Below, in pieces: positions 25,625 through 36,161 of a DNA stretch of 64,000 bases; the stretch's first letter is position 1; every line of letters begins with the position of its first letter. Below the pieces are notes generated by a model. That model made no database searches and was not told the DNA's origin. It worked only from the letters and a program-made list of their open reading frames with translations. The stretch spans positions 1-64,000 of the forward strand of contig QPMI01000083.1 in NCBI GenBank assembly GCA_004431415.1. The letters run 5' to 3'. The translations under genes and the position numbers were made by a program. Source of the DNA: Cyanophora paradoxa CCMP329 (taxonomy: Eukaryota; Plantae; Glaucophyta).

Positions 25625-28600
25625 ATGGCGGGCAAAGTGGAGCCGCCACCGCGTGACGACGACGAGGTTGCCAAGCTGCGGGATGCGCAGTGCGCCCGGC
25701 TGCCCTGGCCGCCGCTACGCTTCCGGCGCTGACCGACGAGCAGGAAGGAGAATCTGCCGTGGGAGGACCTGAAGGAGGTCCTGCTCCTCGCCGTCACTAG
25801 CCTGCAGACCAAGAACGACCGATAGTGCGGCGCCCGCCCCGATGCCGCCGCCGCCCCGCCGACGCGGCGCCCCGCAGCCGGGAGTACAGCGACCAGCTGA
25901 TAGCGGAGCGTGACGAGCTCAAGCTGGAGCTGGAGAAGAGGAAGGAGGATGAGGTGCGTGTTGCCGCGGGGCGCCAATCCCGAATGCGGCGGGCGCTGCC
26001 GGCTCACGCGGCGCAGGCCGACATCCACGACTACTTGGAGCGAGAGCTGGCGAAGACGCAGGCCGAGTTCAAGATCCTGGATCAGAAGGCGGTGGAGCTT
26101 GCGCGCCAGAAGGACGAGCTGGAGTTCGAGCTGCGGACGGCGCTCGAGGTCAAGACGCAGCAGTACGAGGCGACGATCCGGGAGCTACGCGCCAAGATCG
26201 ACGCGCAGAGCCAGGAGCTGAACGACGTTCAGCTGTTCCGCGAGCAGAAGGCGGCGCTGGAGAAGGAGCTCGAGGAGACGCGGCAGCAGCTTGAGGTCAT
26301 CCAGAAGCAGCACGCGCAGAAGCTCCGCGACGTCGAGCGCCAGGCCGAGCTCGACCGCGACAAGATCATCAACCAGGTACCCCCCCCCCGCTCGCTTTTT
26401 TTGTGGTCCGGCCCGGACATTGTTGCACCGTGGCGCCCCCGCCCGCCCCCCCACCAGCCCCCCCGCCCGCCCACCCTAGGCTAGCTAGCTGACCCATCCG
26501 CCCCTAAAGCTACCGCCCCTCTCCCCGCGAGCGCACGCGTACCCCCCCGTCCTCCGCTGACGGCGTACCCCCCTCCCAGATGTACGCGCGGATTAAGCAG
26601 ACAAAGGAGCACTTCCTCAAGATGACCGACGACCAGATCGACACAGTGCGCCCAGATCGACAGGGGCTAGAGGGGCAGGGGGGGCAGGAGGGGCTAGAGG
26701 AGCAGGGGGGGCAGGGGGGAGCGTGCTCGCCCCCCCCCCCCCCCCCCCTCTCCTCCTCCTGAAACTCGATCCGCATCCGATCTTAGCCGGGCCAGAATCC
26801 GATCCGATTCGATCTGACCCGATCTGATCCGATCCGATCCGCCCCCGCCAGATCACGAAGCGGACGATCATCGAGAACGAGCAGATGTCCGCCGAGCTCG
26901 CCTACCAGAGCAAGCAGGCGAGCGCCGGCCCGCCCGGGTACCACAAGGGCAGGGGGCTCGTGCTCCGGGAGGCGGGGCCGGCGGGCCGGCGGGGTAGTCG
27001 CTCTTCGATAGATCGTAGGGGCGGGGTTGCTCCTAGCCAGAGAAGGGGCTCCTTCGCGGGCCGTGGGCGGCGGGGGCCGAGCCGGCGGGCCGGCGGGGTC
27101 GCTCTTGGGGCGAAGGCTGGCGATCGATCCAGGGAAGGGTCGCTCTTGGATAGACGGCCTTTGGCTCCGGCTCTAAGAGAGGGCGCCGCTCCACGGCGCC
27201 GGGCTGACAGACCCGCGGGGGACGCGCGCGCGCAGACGCGGCGACTGATCCAGCAGAACGACAAGCTCAAGGAGGAGAACGCGGCCCTCCGGCGTGACGT
27301 CGACCTACTCCGCCAGCAGGGCGCGTAACCGCGTACCCCCCCGCCCCCGCCCCGTACCCCCGCCGTTCTTCTTCCCCCCCCCCCCCCCCGCAAACTGACT
27401 GACACGGCGTACCCCCTTCCCTCCCGGCAGAGGGCGAGCTCGCGAAGAAGAACACGGTGTACCAGAAGACAATCAAGACGCTCCTGTCGAAGATCAAGAG
27501 TGCGCCCGCCCGCCCGCCCCGCTCAGCTCTGCTTGGAACCCTGGGCTGGGGGTGGGTGGCTGGGGTGGGGCCGGAACCGGGGCTGGCTAGCGGCACGCTC
27601 GCTCGCGCAGGAGTCTGATCAGATCTTCGCGCGGGGATCAGGAAACGCAGCTGCCGGCTGACTCTGTACCCCCCGCAGCCCTGGACGCGGACCAGCGGGA
27701 GGTGAAGGGCAACGCGGCCGCCGAGCGCGACGCCCACATCCTCGCCCTCGAGGAGTGCGTTACTAGTACCCCCGGAGGCGGGATGGGGGGGGGAGGGGGG
27801 GGGGAGAGGATTGGGTGGGGTTTAGCGCCCGGCCGGGGGCTGCGTGATGAGAACCACGTCATGTCCAGTTCTGCTTCCGAGCGCCGCTCTGAAGATCACG
27901 ACCTTTCTCCACCTGATTGCCGCCGCGGCCGGGCGGGGGTCCCAGCGCTATGTAGCCAGGCGCATCTCTAAGAGACCGCTTCCTGCCGCGCCCGAGCCCC
28001 GCTCGAGCCCCGCTCGAGCCGCCCCTTTCCTTCTAGAAGGCTCCAGCTATCTCCTCACTAAGACCTTCGACTCCTCCTGCCGCTCCCGGGCCGTCCGCGC
28101 TCAAACCGCGCCCTTCTATCCTTCGATCCTTCTAACCGCGCCCTTCTATCCTATCCTTCTATCCTATCCTTCTATCCTTCTATCACTCCCGCGCCCCTCC
28201 AAGATCCAGACTCCTGCCTCACGCCGCGCCCTTCTATCTATCCTTCAGGTTCATCAAGTCGCTGGAGCTCAAGATCGCGTCGCTGGAGGCGCAGCTGGAG
28301 CACAGCCGCTCTGAGGCCGACCGCGCCCGCGGCGAGGTCACCGCCTACGAGAAGGTAGGAAGAGGAGGGAAGGGAAGGGAGGGGGGTACGGGATTTCTGA
28401 GGCTGTTTTCCTCTGCGCGCGCGCAGGAAATGGGCCGCCTGATGTCCCTCCAAGACGAGGCAGAGCAGATCATCCTGGCGTCGTTCGGCGGGGGGGTACG
28501 AGGAGGAGCAGGAGGCGGCGGCGGAGGAGGAGGAGAGGGGGCGGGAGGGGGAGGGGGCCCAGGGGATGCTCTACCCCCCGCGGTCACGGGCGGGGGCCTC

Positions 28601-29135
28601 TTCCGCAAGGGCCTGGAGGTGCTCAAGGAGTCCCAAGAGGTGGGGGGTAAGGCCCCCGATTCGGACGCCGAGGTAAGGGTGTTTCGAATGGATTCGCCTG
28701 TACCCCCCGCGGGGTCTGACGAACGCGGTACCCCCGCAGGTGGAGGAGGCGGTGGCGGCGGCGATGGCGGCGGGCGACGGGGAGGGGGAGAGGGAGCGGA
28801 CGGGGTCGGCGGGGCGGCTGCCGGGGGTACAGGCGGCGGGCCCCACGCGGATCACGCCGCGGACGTCGGTGGTGAGCGGCGCGCGGGTGAACGGTCTCCT
28901 GAGGAGCAAGAACCTCGGAACCAGCTCGGCACGGGCCTCCCTCTCGATGGGGGCGTCGCGGGAGGGCCCCCTGAGCCCGACGGGGGTACCCGTGCGCGTC
29001 TCGAGGAACCCCGGAGGGGGCGGCAGGGCGCGGGACTTTGCGCTACCCGTGCGGGGGGAGTACGCCGGCATCAGCGAGACAAACATCAACTGGAAATTGA
29101 AAATGTTCACGTCTGGGGCCGCGGGCCCGACGTGA
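25625..29135 (+). CDS. CFAP157: Cilia- and flagella-associated protein 157-like coiled-coil protein
   Basis: DIHDYLERELAK...; KMTDDQIDT-ITKRTIIENEQMSAELAYQSKQ-TRRLIQQNDKLKEEN...ELAKKNTVYQKTIKTL follows the CFAP157 signature (TKRAIxEN...ELAKKN). Confidence 0.75.
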
Positions 29136-29478
29136 AACCCCCGTATATACACTTGTCTCTCTCCCTTCGTTTCTGTAACCCTATAGCTATTTCTGCATGC
29201 AATATCTTACGATGCATCCTCTCTTTTTCCGACGCATCGCTAACTGGATTCGGTTTCTGGAGGTTCGATTTCTTAACTTCTGGACTGATCATGAAAGGTT
29301 TGGGTTAATTATGAAAAGCGGGCCGGGCTGGGTAGGGTCCGGGAATCGGGCGCCCTAGCCGGCCTGGCTAGAAAACAACAACAAAACGGCGGGGAAGAAA
29401 GTGGGGTAAGGGCTGGTGTCCAAAGTACAAAGGACCGCCGGCCGGCGAGGCCGGCGGCGGCGCCGGCGAGGGAGTGCC

Positions 29479-31827
29479 CTAGTTGGGCGGCCGGGCGGCG
29501 ATCACGGGCGGCGAGGGGGGAGGCTCCGGCGAGGCGGCGGGGGCTTTGGCGCCCGGGGCGGAGGGCCCCTTGACGAGGTACCCGTTGAGGTGCCCGCACA
29601 GGTCCCGAGAGCGAACGACGATCTCTGCGAGGGGAGGGAGGGCAGAGCGAGCGCAATGAGATGCGGCGGACGCGAAACAAGAATTTCGAAAGGCGAAATG
29701 AGAGCGTACCCTGGCCGCGGGGGATGTCCTGGGTCGCCATGAGGTTCAACCCATCGAAGACGGCGTTGAAGTCGTCCTCGTTGCTCTGCACGTACCTGCG
29801 GCCAGAGAGGCTCGGAAAAGAGGAGGGACGGGAAGGAAGGAAGAAAGAATAAAGGCGAGCGCACTGCCACTTCGCCGCGTGCGCGTTCGACTCGACGAAG
29901 ATGACCGAGGTGCCGTGGTGGGGCGAGACGCGGAAGCCCGTCCGGGCCTGAGGCGACGCCGGTTAAGCGGGGCGGAAGCGGGGGAGGAAGGGCAGGGAAT
30001 GGCAGCGGCACCAGCTGGGTGTTGCGGGCCAGGCTGAGGCTCGAGTCCACGTAGATCTTGGAGACGACGGGCAGGAGCTGGCCCTCGTTGTACGCGACTG
30101 TCTCGCCGGCGCGGATGGGCACCGAGGCGAAGATGCCCATCGGGCCCTCCCGCGTCCGCATGCGGACCTCGAACTTCGAGCGCTTCCGCTCGTGCGAGCG
30201 CATCGCCGTCTCGATGATCTGATGCGATCGTCAGATTTGATCCAGGATTCGATCCGGGATTTGATCCGCGCGCACGAGGTCGATGAAGGCACGGTGGCCC
30301 CCATCCTTCGAGAGGATGATGTCCGCGCTGCCCCAGGACTCCGGGGTCGGGTAGAAAATCCCGCAGTTCGGGTTGATCTCGAGGAAGAAGATGTTGCCCT
30401 GCGCGCGGCCAGGCATTCGCTCAACGAGAAGAGAAGAGAGAGAGAAAGAGAAAAGGAGAGAACGGACCTCGGAGTCGACGCGGAAGTCGCAGCGGCCGTA
30501 GCTGTTGCTGCGGAGAGCGACGAAGGCCTTGCGCGCGTCCTCCATGAGGCGCTTGGCGAGCGTCTCGTCCTCGACCATCATCCAGATGAGGCTGTCGTCG
30601 CAGCCGATCTCCGTGAACTTGATGTCGAAGTGCTTGAACTCCTCGCCCTTCGGGAACTTGCACTCGACGGGGCGGTACACGCGCGGGTTCTCCGGGTTGT
30701 TCGGGTCCTCGGCAACGAGGACCGTGAACTCGCTGCGGCGCGGCGGCTGTCAGCCCGCGCGCGAGCGGCGCGGCGGTCAGCGGTGCGAAAAGGCGGGCGG
30801 ACCGGCCCGGAATGAACTCCTCGATGAGCACGCCGCCGAACTGGGTGATGAAGAGGTCCGCCTGCTCCTTAAGCTCCTCGAGGTTCATGCACTTGCTCTT
30901 CCTGCGGGGGCGAGGCCGGTGAATCAAATTGCAACGGCACGGCAGAGCTCAACCAGTCGCAGCGCGGACCTCGTCATGCCGATGCTGCCGCCGGAATTGA
31001 AGTGCTTCACGATGAGCGGGAAGCGCAAGATCTTCGCGGCGGCCGTAACGTCCTCCATGTCCGACGCGAAGTAGAACGGCGCGGTGTGGACGCCGTACTG
31101 CTGAACTGCGGAGCGCCTCAATCGCGAGCGAGCATGCACATGTGAGAGGGACGAGGGGGACAAGGCGGACCAATGTACTTCACTGCCCGGGCGCGGCGAC
31201 AGACACGTCAGCGATACGGAAAAGGAAACGGCAGGGCGCTCGCACTCTTGTTCTTCGGCAGCTTGTAGAATGCGGCATCAGCTGCGCAAACGTTCAGGCG
31301 GGGCGGCCCTCGCGCGGATGCGCTGGGCTGGGTGAGCTCGGGGACGGACCACCCGTGTACGGCAGGTCGAGGCTCTCCAGCGCCTCAATCACCTCAACAC
31401 CAGCGCGATCCTGCAAGAAGGAATCAGATTCCGCGTCTCAGGTCACCTGGAGGGCCCGATGATGGAACTCGCCTCATCGAAGGCCCCTGGGTTGATGGGC
31501 GGTCACAACTCGCACGGGAACCATTAGAAAAGAGAGAATGATTACCGTCGCAGAGATTGACGTAGAGATCGTACTTCTCGCGGGATGCCTCAATGACCTG
31601 CTGAACGGCTTGGGCCTTGGTGATGAACAGGGACTTCCAGGTGTGCTCCGAGGGGCCATAGAGGCGCCCAGGGTTGCAGTCATAACTGTCGACGTCCTAC
31701 GCCGGCGCCCTTGCCCGTCGGCGGCGGCCAACGGCGTACGCGGAGGGCAAGGGCCTGGCGGCGACGCCCGCACCTTGAAGCAGGACGAGGACCCCTCATA
31801 GCTCGACTGGAGCACGGCGATCTTCAT
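29479..31827 (-). CDS. D-Ala-D-Ala-ligase-like ATP-grasp protein fused to a degenerate SET domain
   Basis: MKIAVLQSSY; NLCDG-AFDE-DRAGVEVIEALESLDLPYTG; FPLIVKHFNSGGSIG; LIEEFIPGREFTV; YGRCDFRVD; FFLEINPNCG; then GIFASVPIRAGETV ... ATQDIPRGQEIVV. Stop at 29479-29481. Confidence 0.85.
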
Positions 31828-31982
31828 TCCGAGCGCCCGGAGTGCAGAAGTGGCCAGGTCGCACTTGAAGATGATCGGGGCCGCCCGTCGCTTCTACTGG
31901 GCCCACATGGCGTTGCTGTGCGTGCTGTAACTTGCCGTATGCTACAGCGACGCGCGCCGCCCGGAGCGTGGTTTTTTGGTTG

Positions 31983-34900
31983 ATGCCTTCGAAGTGGGTA
32001 CGGCTCGATTTGGGTTCAAACTCGATCCGAGAAATGGAGGCCTCGCTGGAGGCGGCGAGGCGTGAGCACGACGCTGGGAGCTTCGGGAAGGCGCAGGCAG
32101 CCATGCTCGCGGTCCTCCGGTGCGCCCAGCGCACTTTCGCTTCGTGCACGCCGTCCCACGCGGGCTGCACGCGCCCTCGAGCGACGCTGGAGACCGATCT
32201 GGTTCATTCTGCGCGCGCAGAGCTGCCAAGGAGGCCGCGACCGACGCGTCGGCGCCGAGGGAAGCTTCGCTCAGGCTGGGCGACGCGCTGCTGGAGCGCC
32301 TCAGGCAGCTCCGCTCACGTCCGCGGGACTGGCAGGACTCGGAAGACGGCGCTGCGGCCGGCCCCGACGAGTTCGAGGTCCGCTGCGCTGTTTGAACGCG
32401 GACCGCCCGCGCCCGGCGCCCCTTGTGACTTCGGCGGGGCGCAGCGGGAGGAGCTTGTTGCCAGGGCCGCTGTGAAAGCGTACGCGGCGGCGGTGAGCGC
32501 TTCGGGCGGCGGCGGCGCTCTGGAGCGTGCCGAGGCGCTTCTAGGCCTCGGCGAGGCGGAGTTACATATGGGCGGCGGGCCCTGCGGGAAGCTGCGCAAG
32601 GCGGAGGACGAGGGCGCCACGCGGCAGGGGGAGCGGGCCATGCTCGACGCCGTGTCGGCGGTCGAGCAGGGCGGGGGCGACGGGCCGGAGCCGCGGGATC
32701 TGCTCCGCCGCGCGTGGCTCGGCGCCGCCCGAGCGCGGGCGTACCTCCGCAACTACAGCGACGCGCTGGAAGCCCTCGAGTGAGCTCTACAGACCGCCGC
32801 AGAAGCCGCCGCGCCGCTAATCAGCTTCCTCGCAGGCGCCGCGCGGCCGTCGGCGGCGGTTCCTCTGACGACGGCGACGCGGGTGCGCGCGCCCCGCGCG
32901 GCCGCGCCGCCTCCGCGGCCTGAGCGGGGCGATCGCAGAGGCTGAGGCGCTTGGCGAGGCCTGCCGCCGGATGGCGGAGGCGGAAGCCGAGTTCGAGGAC
33001 GCCCGCGAACGCAAGAGCCGTGCGCCCCGTACCCCCCCTCCCGCCGCGCCCCCTCCCTTCAAATATCCCGTACCCCTGCAGACGGGGAGATGGCCGCGGC
33101 GCGGTACGAGGCCGGCCTCGTGGCGTGCGAGGATCTGGGAGACTTCCACTGGGGAAAGGCGCTGCTGAAGGAGGTTCGCGGGGTCGAATCCGGGCGGGGC
33201 CTTTCTGACGCGGTGGGGTACAGGCGCTGGCGGCCGAGGAAAAATCCCGGAGTTCGCGCTGGCGCCCCAACCGCGAGCACTCCCGCCTCCTGTGCGACAT
33301 GCGCGCCGTCTTCGTGCGCGAAACGCCGTACCCCTGTCCGCTCGTTCCCCCTCCGAAACGACGTACCCCAGGCTCGGTGCTACTTCCGCGATGGCCGCGC
33401 GGGTCCCGAGGCGATCGAGCGCGCGATCAGGTGCCCCCCCACGACGCCCTGCTTTCGTAGGCCGCGTACCCCCCCGTGACTTTCGCCCCAGCGAGTTCGA
33501 GATCGCGCGGAAGCACGCGAACGACGCCGGGGACCTGATGAAGGAGGTGCGCGGGTTCGAATCCGGTCGGGAGGCTTTCCTTTCCGATCGGGGTCCGCAG
33601 AGCGTGTGCCTCACGAACCTGGGATCGGCGTGGGACGAGCTCATGACGATCGACCGGCTCGCCCCCCCTTCCACGGCGCGCGGCGACCACTCATGGCGCC
33701 GGCCCTCGAAGGCGAGGCCGTACCCCCCCCAGCTCGTCGCCCGTACCCCTGACGACTGCGCCTCCAGATGGGAAATCCGTTGGCTCTAACGCGCGAGGCC
33801 CACAAGAAGGTGCTCAGCGCCGGCGTCGCTTAATCCTTCCGCGATTTTTGAGGGGGGTACCGGATAGGCCGAGGCGGCCCGCGCGGCGGCGATGGGCGGG
33901 CGCGCCGCCGGCGTCGAGCGATCGATCCTCAACGGCCCCATGGCCAAGGCCCGAGCCCGGCCCCGCTTCCCCCTTACCCCTCCGTAATCCTGTACCCCTC
34001 AGGTCGACACTAAGCCGCCGGCAACGGCTGGCCTGCCCCTTGCGAGGCTCAGGGAGGTTGTTGCCGCCGGGCGGGCGGCCATTGACGCGCTCGAGAATCT
34101 GGGTGCGCGATTCGACGATGAGCCTTCACTCCCCTCCTCCCCCCCGGTTCGAATCCTCGCGCAGAGTATTTCTTAGAGCGGCGCACGCGGCGGGCCCCTG
34201 CGGGGGACCCCTCCGCCGACTCCGATCGTCACGAGCTCTCCAGGTACGAAGCATTGGTACCCCCTCTACTCGCGGGAGGTACTGAGATCCAGGGGCCCAG
34301 GGTCACGGGGGAGCTCGGGAGGGCGAAGACGCGCCTGGGTACCGACTCGAAGCTTCTGGAAGAGGCCGAGGCCGCCGGCGGGGAGGAGGCGAGCCCGGAG
34401 GGGTACGAGCGTGCGCCGGCGGCCAAGGCGGAGACCAAGGGAAAGAAGGGAGGGGCGCGGAAGAGGAAGAGCGAGGACCAGGACGACGACGACGAGGTGG
34501 GTGTACCCCGCTCCGCTTCCTTCGTTCGCTAAAAAGAAGCGGGGCAGAACCAGGCGGGCAGGGCGAACAAGGCGAAGCCGAGGGGGCGCCGCTCTCGGGA
34601 CGAGGCGGGTGAGAGCGGAGAGGGAGAGGATGAGGAGGAGGTGTCGAACGCGGAGGAGGGGAACGGCAGCCGCGGGCGGGGCCGAGGACGCGGGCGCGGG
34701 CGGGGGAGGGGGCGCGGGCGCGGGCGCGGCGGCCAGCGGCCGCAGCAGCAGCAGCAAGCGGCGCCGTCGACCGGCCGCAAGCCGAAGAAGGCCGCACAGG
34801 ACGGAGGGGACGAGGCCGAGGCTCCGGAGACGGAGAGGGGGGCGAAGCGGGGGCGGGGTAGGGGCGCCGGCAGGGGGGGAGGCAAGCCTCGCCCGCCGCC

Positions 34901-35831
34901 GGTTTCTGAGGGCGGGGAGGGTACCGCCGCCAAGCGACGCAAGTCCAAAGCCCTTCGCGAGGAGACGACACCCCCCTCCACGGTGCAAAATCGTACCCGT
35001 GATTGCTCCTAGGAGCCGCTGACGACTCTGTACGCGCAGGCCAGGGGTAAGGGAGATTCGGAGGGGGAGATCTCCGAGGCGGGGGACGATTCCGAGCCCG
35101 AAGTCATACCCCAGCCCTCCAAGCGGCGGGCCGCCCCTGCCCCGGCCCGGCCCCGGCCCCGGCCCCGCCCCGGCCCCGTCCCGCCGCCGCCCGCCGCCCC
35201 GGCCCCGGCCCCGCCCGCCAAGGCCGCGCCGCCCCGCCGCCCCCGCCGCAACCGGCTCGTGCCGCCCCGCGCCGGCCCCCGCCCCGCCCGCCCCTCGGCC
35301 GGCGCCGGGGCCCTCGCAGGCGCCTGCCGCGTCTCAGGCAGCGGGCGCGGCGGCGGCCGAGACCGCTTCTCGCTGGCTCAACATCAAGTGCATCCTACCC
35401 CAGGCGAGCTGCACGTACCCCTGCCCCACCACTTCGGCACCCGTAACCCTGGGCCGGGCGCAGGAGTCGGGTATCTCGACTCTGCGGCTTGGAGCCCTCG
35501 GGGCCGCCCCCAAAATATCGGATTTCCGCCGCATCCTTCAGACCAAGATCCAGATAAAGTACCCCACTCTGGAGTGCGTCCCTCCCATTCCTGCCAGACA
35601 TCGCGTACCCCCGCCCGTCTCAAGCCAGCCGCAGGATTGAGCGCCTCTCGACGCCGGACGGAGACGAGCTCGAGGACGACGTACCCCTCTGGGACGCGGT
35701 CGAGCCCCGGAGCGAGGCAAGCGGCCGTACCCCCCCTGACCCCCTCCTCGCGCCTGAACCTGTACCCGCGCGCGCCCCCGCAGGTCCGGGCCCACCTCGC
35801 CATGATCCAGAGCGTCGGGGACTACGAGTGA
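31983..35831 (+). CDS. Helical-repeat (TPR-like) protein with long acidic/basic disordered linker and C-terminal ubiquitin-like segment
   Basis: ERAEALLGLGEAELH and RAWLGAARARAYLRNYSDALEALE; NLS-like RKRK; terminal IERLSTPDGDELEDDVPLWDAVEPRSE-VRAHL. Start codon uncertain. Confidence 0.55.
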
Positions 35832-36161
35832 GCGGATGGGGGCCGCTCTCATGATCACGAGCTTTGCTGCCTGCTGTCCTTGACCTGTACTCAAAGGGCT
35901 CTCTGCCTTGTCTAGATCTTTCAAGTCGTTTTGTGTGCCGTGCTCTCTGGATTGGAGCGACGCGGGAAGCAGCTGCAGGGCTCCCGCAGTGAGCCGGCGG
36001 GCTTGACATCCGGCCGCTGGAGCTTCGAATTCATATCTAGATCTAGAGCTGTACGTTCCGAAGTTTCGCGTTCATCCGGGGGAACGGTCGCAGAGAAAAG
36101 CTGTACGCCCCTGACGCGCAACCCGGCGGCAACCGAGTCGCGCAGCGGCGGTTAGGTTAGG

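Noticed and set aside
29479-31827. Canonical ddl for plastid peptidoglycan
   Set aside because: No transit peptide, no Ddl GGxSxEH or HGxxGEDG motifs, and it carries a SET-like tail.
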